Source: Pedosphaera sp. | Lineage (GTDB): Bacteria; Verrucomicrobiota; Verrucomicrobiia; Limisphaerales; Pedosphaeraceae | Assembly: GCA_028293325.1 (NCBI GenBank) | Contig: JAQGPA010000138.1 | Location: 1-45,379, forward strand | Direction: 5' to 3' | Length of the DNA stretch: 45,379 bases | Made by a program: the position numbers and the translations under genes | The notes under the pieces: model-generated | Told to the model about the DNA's origin: nothing | Database searches by the model: none | What the model saw: the letters and a program-made list of their open reading frames with translations, nothing else | Shown here: positions 28,012 through 37,273 of the stretch, one piece after another | How the letters are laid out: every line of letters starts with the position of its first letter | How positions within the stretch are numbered: position 1 is the stretch's first letter

Positions 28012-29658
28012 ATGAAAAAGATAACCACCATCGGCGAATATCTCATCGCACAACTTCATGCGCATGGCGTGAGCCATGTCTTCGGCATCCCCGGCGATTA
28101 TGTGCTCGGCTTCTACGACCAACTCTCCAAAAGCAAACTCGTCCGCGTGGTGAACACCTGCGATGAACAAGGCGCGGGATTTGCCGCCGATGCCTACGCG
28201 CGCATCCGCGGCCTCGGCGCGGTTTGCATCACGTACTGTGTCGGTGGCTTAAAGGTCGCCAACACCACGGCGGAAGCCTACGCCGAAAAATCCCCCGTGG
28301 TCGTCATCAGCGGCGCGCCTGGCATGAAGGAGCGCGAGAAAAATCCCCTGCTCCATCACAAGGTGAAGGAGTTCGATACGCAGAAAAAAGTTTTCGAGCA
28401 GCTCACCGTGGCTTCCACGGTCCTGAGCGATCCCCAAACCGCCTTTCAGGAAATCGACCGCGTCCTGCACGCCGCCCTGCGTTACAAGCGTCCGGTTTAT
28501 ATTGAACTGCCGCGCGACCTCGTGTTTGCCCCCGGTATTCCGTATCACCGGCCGCAGGAAATTCATGAGCAGAGCGACGCCGCCACTCTGCGCGCCGCGC
28601 TTGCCGAAGCCGAGACCATGATCAACCGGGCCCGTCAACCCGTCATTCTCGCTGACGTGGAAGTCCACCGTTTCGCTTTGCAAGACACCCTGCTCCGGCT
28701 CGTCCGCAAAACCAACATCCCCGTGGCCACCACCGTTCTGGGCAAGTCCGTCGTCGGCGAACAACATCCGTTTTATCTCGGCGTCTATGAAGGCGCGCTC
28801 GGCCGTGACGACGTGCGGCGCTACGTGGAGGGCAGCGATTGCGTCCTCATGCTTGGCGCGTTCCTGACCGACATCAATCTCGGCATTTACACCGCGCAAC
28901 TCGATCCGCTCCGCACCATTTACGCCAACAGCGAGAAACTTTCCATTCGCTATCACACCTATGACAGCGTCCGATTCAAGGATTTCATGCGCGGCCTGCT
29001 CAAGCTGCGCCTGCGTCATCGCGCGCTGGGCAAAATTCCCAAACCGCCGCCGCGCGGCGAATTCGGTGTGCGTTCCGGCGATACCCCCGTCACCATCAAA
29101 AGACTTTTTCAGCGCCTGAACGATTTTCTCAACGAGAACACCATGGTCGTGGCGGACGTCGGGGACGCGCTGTTCGGCGCGACCGATTTGTTCATCCGGC
29201 ATCGCACGGAATTCTTGGGGCCGGCGTATTACGCGTCGATGGGTTTTGCCGTGCCCGCGAGCATCGGCGCACAACTGGCAAATCCCAAATTGCGTCCCGT
29301 CGTCCTGGTCGGCGATGGCGCCTTCCAGATGACCGGCATGGAACTCTCCACCTCCGTGCGTTACGGCCTGAATCCCATCGTGATTTTATTGAATAATTTT
29401 GGCTACGGCACCGAACGCCACATGCAGGATGGCGCTTACAACGATGTGCTCCTCTGGCATTACAGCAAGCTGACAGAAGTTTTTGGCGCGGGTCATGGCT
29501 TCGTGGTGAAGACCGAAGCGCAACTCAACGAAGCGCTGTTGGCATCGCGCAAATGGACGAAAAGTTTTTGCCTGCTCGACGTGCAACTCGATCCCCACGA
29601 CCGCTCCCCCGCCTTGCAACGTCTTGCCGATCGGTTGGCACTCCGCTTATCGACTTGA
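28012..29658 (+). CDS. thiamine-diphosphate-dependent 2-keto acid decarboxylase (indolepyruvate/phenylpyruvate/pyruvate decarboxylase family)
   Basis: 548 aa. N-terminal Pyr domain (GIPGDY...CDEQGAGFAADAYAR), central domain, and TPP-binding motif GDGAFQMTGMEL...NN. Confidence 0.85.
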   Translation: MKKITTIGEYLIAQLHAHGVSHVFGIPGDYVLGFYDQLSKSKLVRVVNTCDEQGAGFAADAYARIRGLGAVCITYCVGGLKVANTTAEAYAEKSPVVVISGAPGMKEREKNPLLHHKVKEFDTQKKVFEQLTVASTVLSDPQTAFQEIDRVLHAALRYKRPVYIELPRDLVFAPGIPYHRPQEIHEQSDAATLRAALAEAETMINRARQPVILADVEVHRFALQDTLLRLVRKTNIPVATTVLGKSVVGEQHPFYLGVYEGALGRDDVRRYVEGSDCVLMLGAFLTDINLGIYTAQLDPLRTIYANSEKLSIRYHTYDSVRFKDFMRGLLKLRLRHRALGKIPKPPPRGEFGVRSGDTPVTIKRLFQRLNDFLNENTMVVADVGDALFGATDLFIRHRTEFLGPAYYASMGFAVPASIGAQLANPKLRPVVLVGDGAFQMTGMELSTSVRYGLNPIVILLNNFGYGTERHMQDGAYNDVLLWHYSKLTEVFGAGHGFVVKTEAQLNEALLASRKWTKSFCLLDVQLDPHDRSPALQRLADRLALRLST

Positions 29659-29672
29659 AACACCACCGCCAG

Positions 29673-30881
29673 CTAACTGCGAACCAATTTCCCATCGCGT
29701 AGCAAGCGATACTGCTGACCGCGCCATTCGATGTGGTTGCCGAAAAATGCCAGCAACCAAAGCGCGAATTGCAACAGATCCTTCACCGGCACCAGCCATG
29801 CATATAGACCCGATCGGCCCATCGGCGCCAAACGCTTTTGCAAAGCCAGGGCCATCACCATGCGCACCAGCACGCAAATACCGAACATCGCCAGCACTCC
29901 GGGCACCGGTCGCGCCAGCAACCAAAGCAGCGGCCAGAATGTTGCGTTGCTCAAAATACTGAAAGCGTACGGAAGTGGCTTGCATGCACGAATCGTGCGG
30001 GACCAGCGGAGTTGATGCGACCAAACCTCGGGCCAGCCCATCGGTGGCGAGAAGCAATCAACCACCACCGGACACAGCGCAATACTTTTGCCGGTGCGGA
30101 CAATCCGGTTGCCCAGTTGAAAATCATCCGCCAAATAATCCGCCAGCGCCTCGAAGCCGCCGATCTTCGCCAGTTGTTCCCGGCGCGTCACCATGACGGC
30201 GCCCAAAGCGAAGTCGAGCGGTTGCATGCTCCGGCCCTGCAAAACCTGGCTCCAAAAATCGGCATTGATGGCGATGGCCTCACAACGCATCGCCACGGTC
30301 GCCGGGTTGGCCAGGCGATAAAACGAATTAACCAAACCTATCTCTGGATCACGGAGGGGCGCGACCGCGTTGAGCAAATAATCAGGCGCGACAAACACAT
30401 CCGCATCGCTCACTACAATGATTTCATTTCGGGCCTGCCGCAGAAGTTGAATGAGGGTCGAGACCTTGGCATTCACGCCCAGCGATTCTTCACAGAGAAC
30501 AAGTTGGGCATTGCAACCCGGATAGGCCTTAATGAGCTGGGACACCCCTTCCACAGCCGGATCGTGCGGCGAAGAAACCCCCATAAGCACTTGTACCGCA
30601 CCGCCATAATCCTGTTTTAGCCAGCTCCCCAGGCAATCATGGGTTTTTTCATCCCATCCCTTCAAAGGCTTCAACAAGGTCACCGGCGGCACATAATCGC
30701 GGTCTTTTACCCGTTGGTGCAGGGGAAAAGGCCACGTTACAACCCATTGCCAAAGCGTAAGTAACAAGCTTAGGAGGGCTAAAAATGCCAGGGCAAAAAC
30801 CACAGCACGTTTGTTAGACGGTGCGAGGCAATTGGGCAAGCGCCATTTCAACGAAATTGGCCTTTTTGGACAAATCGCCAT
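29673..30881 (-). CDS. family-2 glycosyltransferase (GT21 / ceramide-glucosyltransferase-like), membrane-associated
   Basis: DxD-type motifs (VVSDADV), a Q-x-x-R-W motif (HQLRWSRT), and an N-terminal TM helix. The start is placed at the internal ATG (MAICPK...) because the ORF-track start at 30947 lies only 17 bp from the divergent neighbour. Confidence 0.65.
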   Translation of the reverse strand: MAICPKRPISLKWRLPNCLAPSNKRAVVFALAFLALLSLLLTLWQWVVTWPFPLHQRVKDRDYVPPVTLLKPLKGWDEKTHDCLGSWLKQDYGGAVQVLMGVSSPHDPAVEGVSQLIKAYPGCNAQLVLCEESLGVNAKVSTLIQLLRQARNEIIVVSDADVFVAPDYLLNAVAPLRDPEIGLVNSFYRLANPATVAMRCEAIAINADFWSQVLQGRSMQPLDFALGAVMVTRREQLAKIGGFEALADYLADDFQLGNRIVRTGKSIALCPVVVDCFSPPMGWPEVWSHQLRWSRTIRACKPLPYAFSILSNATFWPLLWLLARPVPGVLAMFGICVLVRMVMALALQKRLAPMGRSGLYAWLVPVKDLLQFALWLLAFFGNHIEWRGQQYRLLRDGKLVRS

Positions 30882-30964
30882 TGACCTGAGTGCCCGGAAA
30901 TGATTAAAAAACCCACTACCCAACAGCCTAAAATGGCGGTTAACCACAAATCTAAAGCATCCTT

Positions 30965-32020
30965 ATGGCGGACAGACTACGTTGCGCGGTGATCGGGGCA
31001 GGTGCCATTGGTTTGGAACATCTTAACAGCCTTTCGCAGTGCCATCGTGGCACGGCCGTGGCCATCGCGGAGAGCAATCCCGCCCGCGCCAAGGAAGCTT
31101 CCGATCGATTTAAAATCGCCCGCAGCTATTCCGATTACCGCGAATTGCTTGAACAGGCGGACATCGACGCCGTCACCATCGCACTGCCGAATCATCTCCA
31201 CGCGCCAGTGGCCATTGAAGCCTTGCGCGCGCGCAAGCACGTGCTCATCGAGAAGCCCATGGCGATGAATGCCAAGGAAGCTTCCAAAATCATCGATACC
31301 GCGGCGAAAATGCGGCGCACCATCATGGTCGCCCAAAATTACCGCTTCCATCGCCAAACACAACTGGCCCGCGCACTCATTCAACGCGGCGACCTCGGCG
31401 AGATTTATCACGCCCGCTGTTTCTGGCTGCGCCGCAGCGGCATTCCCCGCATCGGCTCCTGGTTCACGCAGAAGAAATTTGCCGGCGGCGGCGCCACCAA
31501 CGATATCGGCTCACACATGCTCGATGCCTGTCTGCACCTGATGGACGATTTCAACGTGAGCAGCGTTTCTGGCCAAACTCACTCGCGTTTCGGTCCGCGC
31601 GGCCTCGGCGAAGGTTCCTGCGGCAAAAGCGAAATCGATCCCGCCAAACCATTTGACGTGGATGATTACGGCGTGGCGCTCCTCAAAATGAAAAACGGTC
31701 ACACGGTCAATTTCGAGGTGAGTTGGGCCGCGCATCAACCGACCGATGCCCGCGAATATGGCGTCGACTTATTGGGCACCCAGGCCGGTCTCTCGCTTTA
31801 TCCGGCACGTCTCTTCCGCAACGGCGTCAATGGTTACGAAACCACGCACTTGGCGGCCCAGAAAGTTCCTCATCCGGAAGATCGCGTGCATCATTTCGTA
31901 AACTGCGTGCTGGATGGCAAGAAATCCCTCGTGCCGGTCGAGGAGTCCCTGAAGGTCCAGCAAATCCTGGATGCCATTGCCACCTCCGCCGCCACCGGCA
32001 AGGAAGTCCGGTTGAGATAA
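30965..32020 (+). CDS. Gfo/Idh/MocA-family NAD(P)-dependent oxidoreductase
   Basis: N-terminal Rossmann motif VIGAGAIGLEH and the EKP motif (HVLIEKPMA). 351 aa. Confidence 0.85.
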   Translation: MADRLRCAVIGAGAIGLEHLNSLSQCHRGTAVAIAESNPARAKEASDRFKIARSYSDYRELLEQADIDAVTIALPNHLHAPVAIEALRARKHVLIEKPMAMNAKEASKIIDTAAKMRRTIMVAQNYRFHRQTQLARALIQRGDLGEIYHARCFWLRRSGIPRIGSWFTQKKFAGGGATNDIGSHMLDACLHLMDDFNVSSVSGQTHSRFGPRGLGEGSCGKSEIDPAKPFDVDDYGVALLKMKNGHTVNFEVSWAAHQPTDAREYGVDLLGTQAGLSLYPARLFRNGVNGYETTHLAAQKVPHPEDRVHHFVNCVLDGKKSLVPVEESLKVQQILDAIATSAATGKEVRLR

Positions 32021-32096
32021 CCCCCGCCACCTGCGGGTCCCCCAACGCAATTTGTTTTAGACAATTCAGCCGTCCACCGGCGTCACTAATTCAGAC

Positions 32097-32609
32097 ATGC
32101 CGGCATTCATCGAACTTGAGCAGCTTTACGATGACCATGCCCCGGCATTGTTCGCCTTCCTGCTCAACTTCACCCGCAACGAAGCGGATACCCGCGATGT
32201 CCTCCAGGAACTCTTCATCAAGCTGGCCCGCAAGCCCGATTCCCTCGCCAATATCCGCGACCCGCGCGCCTTTCTGCTCCATCTCGCCCATAATCTGGCC
32301 ATCGACCTCATGCGCCGGCGCGGGACGCGCGAGAAGCATTACGAGCAACTGGCCGCGGAAAGCGAAAATCTCTTTGCCGCTTCAGCCAACCCGGATCAAC
32401 AGGAATTCCGCTCGGCGCTAACCCGGGCATTGGGTGAATTGCCCGCCGACCAGCGCGCGGTGGTTCACTTGAAACTTTGGGAAGGCCTGACCTTTGAACA
32501 AATTGCTACCGCGCTGGATCTCTCCGCCAACACCGCTGCCAGCCGCTATCGCTACGGCCTAGACAAATTGCGCGAGCGCCTGCGTCCACTCTATGAAGAA
32601 ATCAAATGA
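32097..32609 (+). CDS. ECF-type RNA polymerase sigma factor (sigma-70 regions 2 and 4)
   Basis: Region 2 (DTRDVLQELFIKL) and a region 4 helix-turn-helix (LTFEQIATALDLSANTAASRYRYG). 170 aa. Confidence 0.85.
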   Translation: MPAFIELEQLYDDHAPALFAFLLNFTRNEADTRDVLQELFIKLARKPDSLANIRDPRAFLLHLAHNLAIDLMRRRGTREKHYEQLAAESENLFAASANPDQQEFRSALTRALGELPADQRAVVHLKLWEGLTFEQIATALDLSANTAASRYRYGLDKLRERLRPLYEEIK

Positions 32610-33042
32610 TTTGAAGCCGATGAACCCGGACGATTTCGAACAACAACTCCAGCGCCAACCGCTGCGCCCACTTCCCGCCGATTGGCGCGCCGACATCTTG
32701 CAGACGGCCCGGGCCGCCGCTTCGCAAACCTCAACTTCGAATCCGCAACCCGTTCGCCAATCCTTTCTCGCCACTCTCCTCTGGCCCTGCCCCCAAGCCT
32801 GGGCCGGACTTGCCGCCGTCTGGCTGGCGCTCCTGGCCCTGAATTTTACAACGACCGACCAGCCGGCGACCGCCGCCGAAACCAAAACCCAGCGCTCGCC
32901 GCAACTGCTCGCGGCCTTGCGAGAACAGGAACGCATGTTAGCGGAACTCCTCCAACCGTGGGAACCGCAGGCGGCTGAACCGCCGAAACCCGCAAACCAT
33001 CAGCCCCGGAGCGAACGACAGAGAACGACCGCTTTCGCCTGA
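32593..33042 (+). CDS. putative anti-sigma factor (single-pass membrane protein) overlapping the ECF sigma gene by 17 nt
   Basis: 149 aa. Cytoplasmic N-terminus, one hydrophobic helix (LAAVWLALLALNF), Pro/Gln-rich C-terminus. The position and overlap are typical of ECF anti-sigma partners. Confidence 0.45.
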   Translation: MKKSNDLKPMNPDDFEQQLQRQPLRPLPADWRADILQTARAAASQTSTSNPQPVRQSFLATLLWPCPQAWAGLAAVWLALLALNFTTTDQPATAAETKTQRSPQLLAALREQERMLAELLQPWEPQAAEPPKPANHQPRSERQRTTAFA

Positions 33043-33064
33043 AACATCCCGCACTTCATTTTTT

Positions 33065-34732
33065 ATGAACGAACCCAGCACCAGCATTTGGAAACGACAG
33101 ATTATTCCTGAATTGGGCGTATTCAGGTTCTTTCGCTGGCTTTTCAGTTGGCGGATGATTCGCCGCTATCTGTTCTGCCTCGCCTGCCTGGTCACGTTGC
33201 TTGCGCTGTTCTACGCCGAGGAAAACTGGCGCGGCAGGCATGCTTGGGAAAAATATAAGCGCGAAGCCATCGCGCGCGGTGAGCAGTTCAATGTCTCCGC
33301 CTTCATTCCGCCAACGGTCCCGGACGACCAAAACTTTGCCGCCACCCCCTTCTTCGCATCGCTCTTTGATTTCAAGCCTGGCACCCAGGAGGCCCGCGAC
33401 ACCAATGCAACCCGTCGCTTTGCGGAATTTCAGTCACACCATTACCCATCCCCAGCCGCCGCTGAATCAAAGGCTCCCAAGGCAACCCCGGTCAATAGCT
33501 GGGTCCGCCATCAACCAAATCTGCCGTTCTGGTATTCGGAATTTGTCCAATCCACCAACAAGGTTTCTCACTCCGCCTCTGACCTTGCGTTGACCAATGC
33601 CAGTCCTCAAGAAGCGGCACGTGACATCATGACCGCGCTGGCTTTTGCCAATCCGGTGCTGGACGAAATACGAACCACCAGCCAGCGGCCGGCTTCACGT
33701 TTCAATATCCGCTACGAGAACGATGATCCGGCGGCAATCCTGCTGCCGCATCTCGCCGGGTTGAAGGAAATCACAGTAATTCTGCAAACCCGCGCCTTCG
33801 CGGAGTTGACCCTCGGCCAGACGAACGAAGCCTTTGATGACTTGATCCTGTCACTCCGCATGACCGATGCGCTCAAGGATGAGCCCATTATCATTTCGCA
33901 ACTGGTTCGCTCTGCCCAATTGAATATTGCCATTTTGCCAATCTATCAGGGACTCGTGGATCACCAATGGACGGAACCGCAATTGCGGGCGTTGCAGGAA
34001 AAACTGGAGCATTTTGATTTTTGCAACGACGGCCAGCGCGCGCTCCAGTCGGAACGTGTTTTTTTTGGTGGCGGGATATTCGAATTCCTTCGGCACGCAC
34101 CCAGCAATTACAAGTTGCTTTTCTTCGTAAGTGGCGCACCAGATGACCAGCTAGGCGGTAATAGCATTTCGGGACAGGCCATCGGCTTTGGCATGGCCAT
34201 CGCTCCAAAGGGTTGGTCGTATTTTGAACAACTCAACTACACTCGCACCTACGGCGACTTGCTGCTGCCGATTATCGATTCCGAGAACCGCCGCATCAAC
34301 CCCGCTCTTTGCGCCAAGGCCGACCAGCAGCTCGGCGGCGAATTGAAACGCAGTCCTCGCAAGTTGTTCTTTCATCACCAGGTCTTTTCCGCCTTGTTGC
34401 TTCCCGCCCTGGCCAACATTGTTCAAAAAACGGCACGCACCCAGACCGCCGCAGATGAGACAGTGCTGGCGTGCGCGCTGGAGCGTTATCGCCTGGCACA
34501 TGGACAATTTCCCGAAACGCTCGACGCCCTCATGCCGCAGTTCATCAGCCAACTCCCGCACGACGTCATCAATGGCCAATCGTATCACTACCGGCTCACG
34601 TCCGACGGCCAATTCGTCCTCTATTCCGTCGGCTGGAATGAAACCGACGACGGCGGCACAGTTGCCACAACCACGACTGGCTCCACTGATTTCAAAAACG
34701 GCGACTGGGTCTGGCAATATCCCACCCGCTAA
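33065..34732 (+). CDS. hypothetical membrane-anchored protein (555 aa), probably exported; co-oriented with the sigma/anti-sigma pair
   Basis: N-terminal TM helix (YLFCLACLVTLLALFYA). No recognised catalytic motif. Confidence 0.5.
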   Translation: MNEPSTSIWKRQIIPELGVFRFFRWLFSWRMIRRYLFCLACLVTLLALFYAEENWRGRHAWEKYKREAIARGEQFNVSAFIPPTVPDDQNFAATPFFASLFDFKPGTQEARDTNATRRFAEFQSHHYPSPAAAESKAPKATPVNSWVRHQPNLPFWYSEFVQSTNKVSHSASDLALTNASPQEAARDIMTALAFANPVLDEIRTTSQRPASRFNIRYENDDPAAILLPHLAGLKEITVILQTRAFAELTLGQTNEAFDDLILSLRMTDALKDEPIIISQLVRSAQLNIAILPIYQGLVDHQWTEPQLRALQEKLEHFDFCNDGQRALQSERVFFGGGIFEFLRHAPSNYKLLFFVSGAPDDQLGGNSISGQAIGFGMAIAPKGWSYFEQLNYTRTYGDLLLPIIDSENRRINPALCAKADQQLGGELKRSPRKLFFHHQVFSALLLPALANIVQKTARTQTAADETVLACALERYRLAHGQFPETLDALMPQFISQLPHDVINGQSYHYRLTSDGQFVLYSVGWNETDDGGTVATTTTGSTDFKNGDWVWQYPTR

Positions 34733-34742
34733 CGCCAACCTC

Positions 34743-36440
34743 CTAATCCTTCGCGCTCAGCGAACCAATCACCCCACCCGGCGCGTGATAACTGTGGCAG
34801 GTCGCACAACCACTCGCCACCCCGCCCTTGGGACTGTGACATTCCACACAACTTGATTTGCTCGGCAGCAGCACATCCGCCGTCTCACGACTCCGCTCTA
34901 CGTCATGGCATTTGGCGCAAGCCATATTGATATGCTTTGCGTGATTGAATTGGCCGCGAATCAACCACCGCGTCATTTGAACCGGCGGCACAATGTCCGG
35001 CGCGGCGTCCGCGCCGGTCGCTTTAACCTCATGGCAATACGCACATCCGGGGTATCGCGCACGGGCGGGTTGCTCTCCGTCGCCGGTTTTCTCCATCGGG
35101 CCGTTGTGGGCATCGCTGAAGAAAACCTGCTGTTCCAAATTCTCACCCGCCAGGGCTTGCTTCCGCAGTCCCGCCATTTGCAGTTTCACAAATGCGTCCA
35201 ATTCAACCTGCGTCGTCAGGCCCTTCTTGTTGCGCCCATATTCCGCGTATTGCGCGGGCAGGCTGCGCAGAAAAGCGCGCGCAAACTCCGCGTTCCCGTG
35301 CGGAATCGACAACTCCGGATTCTTCTCGTCGAATTGCAGCGAGTGGCAAACCTTGCAATTCTGCTCGTAGGAAACCGGCTGATAATACAAACCCGTCGCG
35401 TCCGGTTTATGACAGGTGGCGCAATCCAGTTTTTTGCCGTTCACGGATGGAATGTTCGGCGAGCCCAGATGCAGTTGATGATTAAATTTGAGCGTGTCGG
35501 GATCGCGCAGCTTTTCAGCCAGCACTTGAAATTCCGGATGATCGGTCGCAAAGGTGTGGATCACCTTCGTGTAACCCTGCTCCGGTCGCGGCGCCTTGAA
35601 CATCGTCCACCCAAGGTCGGGCCGATAATCAAATGCCGCCGCCGGAAGCTCCTTGCCTCTCTGGAACGAGGCTTGCATGACCTGCCCATCTGCATGACAC
35701 GAGGCGCAATTCGCATCTTCCGGCCGCTGCATCACCATTCCTTGATGTTCCCGATGGCACGCGGAGCAGGAATGGTCGCGCACCACGTTCGGTTCATGAA
35801 AATTGTGACGTTGATGACAAGTCTGGCAGGACGCGTCAATCGCCGTCAACCCCGTGTTCGTCGTGGCCAGCAGCTTGTGAAACTCCAGCAATGCCGGATC
35901 CGCTCCCGCCGCGGAACCCAGCCAGCGGGCCGGTCCCGCGCCGGCCGCGCCGTGACACGCCGCGCAATCCTGCCCGTTGCCGCCCGCGCCCCGATGCATC
36001 CGCGCGAATGCCTCCGTGGAATGTTGCGCGGACAGCCTTCCGGGATTGATGAATTGCGAACGAAAGGGTCCGCTCAACGATACCAGCAACACCGCCACCG
36101 TGAGCATCACCACCACCCGAGTGAACACCTTCCGTTTTGCGCGCAAGCTGCGGACTGGCTGGCATTTGGTAATGGCCCGGCAGCAGGTGCCGTCGGGCAA
36201 CGGCCCGGTTTCGCACGCCCCGCCAAACTCCGCCGTGCGCGTGCAACGATAGCGCCCCTTCGTTTCTCCCTCCTTGAGTTCAAGCACCGGCCGGCATTCA
36301 AACGTCGCGCGGCACCGGCCGCTGGGATCGGGCCCGATGCGACAACATTGCCCCTTCGCCGCCTTGCCGCAAATCCAATCCTGGTTGGGCCGCGCATACT
36401 GGCTGGCGTCAAATTGAGGCGCGGGCAATTGCTCTTTCAC
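34743..36440 (-). CDS. decaheme c-type cytochrome with N-terminal Cys-rich (cytoplasmic?) domain and one TM helix
   Basis: Ten CxxCH motifs (CAACHG, CQTCHQ, CSACHR, CASCHA, CATCHK, CKVCHS, CAYCHE, CAKCHD, CVECHS, CATCHS). N-terminal ~95 aa hold 10 Cys in two tandem C...CC...C...C-(R/Q)P units before the TM VVVMLTVAVLLVSL. The start overlaps the upstream gene's stop (ATGA). Confidence 0.85.
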   Translation of the reverse strand: MKEQLPAPQFDASQYARPNQDWICGKAAKGQCCRIGPDPSGRCRATFECRPVLELKEGETKGRYRCTRTAEFGGACETGPLPDGTCCRAITKCQPVRSLRAKRKVFTRVVVMLTVAVLLVSLSGPFRSQFINPGRLSAQHSTEAFARMHRGAGGNGQDCAACHGAAGAGPARWLGSAAGADPALLEFHKLLATTNTGLTAIDASCQTCHQRHNFHEPNVVRDHSCSACHREHQGMVMQRPEDANCASCHADGQVMQASFQRGKELPAAAFDYRPDLGWTMFKAPRPEQGYTKVIHTFATDHPEFQVLAEKLRDPDTLKFNHQLHLGSPNIPSVNGKKLDCATCHKPDATGLYYQPVSYEQNCKVCHSLQFDEKNPELSIPHGNAEFARAFLRSLPAQYAEYGRNKKGLTTQVELDAFVKLQMAGLRKQALAGENLEQQVFFSDAHNGPMEKTGDGEQPARARYPGCAYCHEVKATGADAAPDIVPPVQMTRWLIRGQFNHAKHINMACAKCHDVERSRETADVLLPSKSSCVECHSPKGGVASGCATCHSYHAPGGVIGSLSAKD

Positions 36441-37273
36441 CGCGCGCCCCCCGAGAAGGCGTAAACCAAAATGATGTGAACGATGGAAAAGATGAGCAGG
36501 CTGTAGGTCAGCGGAATATGCACGAACAACCAGCCGCGCAACGAGAGTTGCAGCGCATGATGATAATCCAATCCATCCTTCTGCCGCACCAGTTCGGCGA
36601 TTTTCTCCAATGTCTCCCGCTCCTTCGCGTCTGAATAACGGTTCAGGTCGCTAATCTTGTTGAGCAGCAGGTTCAACGGCCGGCGCACTTCCAAAAAGTG
36701 CAGCGAAAGATTCTGCGGCCTCTCAAAAAAGTCCTTCAACTGGGTGATGTAAAAATTTGCAATCGTAGGCGAGCGCGCCTCGCTCACCGATTGTAACGCC
36801 AACGCCTCCGCCTGTTGCTGAAAGCCGCGGCGAATCGCCGGAATCCGCTCATACAATATTTCACCGCCGCGTGTCGTCAGCCGCTTCGGAATCGACCGCG
36901 AGACGAATAATCCCCACACCCCGCTCAACGTCACCAGCACATACAGCCATGCGAGTGTCCCCTGAAACCAGCCGGTCGGCATTTTATAACTGATATGAAT
37001 CGCAAACAAAATCACCGTCAGCAACCCGGCATAAATATGAAATTGCAGCCAGCTTTCCGACGAGCCGAGCGGCAGGAACGGCAATTTCTTGCGCCCGTTA
37101 TACGCGGTCAACACCAGCATTACCGCGAACAGCACCCAGCCGGAAACATAACTTAGGCGCGGCATCACTCCGGCATACTTCGCATGCTCGGCCATCGCCC
37201 ACGCACCGAATGCCACCAGCATCCCCAGCCCCATCCAGCGTTGTCGGGTGAAGGAGGTCATCGCTTCAGCCAC
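36437..37273 (-). CDS. ferric-reductase-like (FRD/MsrQ-like) di-heme-b transmembrane protein
   Basis: 6 predicted TM helices. Two H-x13-H pairs in TM helices: HIYAGLLTVILFAIH and HIPLTYSLLIFSIVH, the spacing diagnostic of bis-heme ferric reductase domains. Confidence 0.6.
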   Translation of the reverse strand: MAEAMTSFTRQRWMGLGMLVAFGAWAMAEHAKYAGVMPRLSYVSGWVLFAVMLVLTAYNGRKKLPFLPLGSSESWLQFHIYAGLLTVILFAIHISYKMPTGWFQGTLAWLYVLVTLSGVWGLFVSRSIPKRLTTRGGEILYERIPAIRRGFQQQAEALALQSVSEARSPTIANFYITQLKDFFERPQNLSLHFLEVRRPLNLLLNKISDLNRYSDAKERETLEKIAELVRQKDGLDYHHALQLSLRGWLFVHIPLTYSLLIFSIVHIILVYAFSGGAR

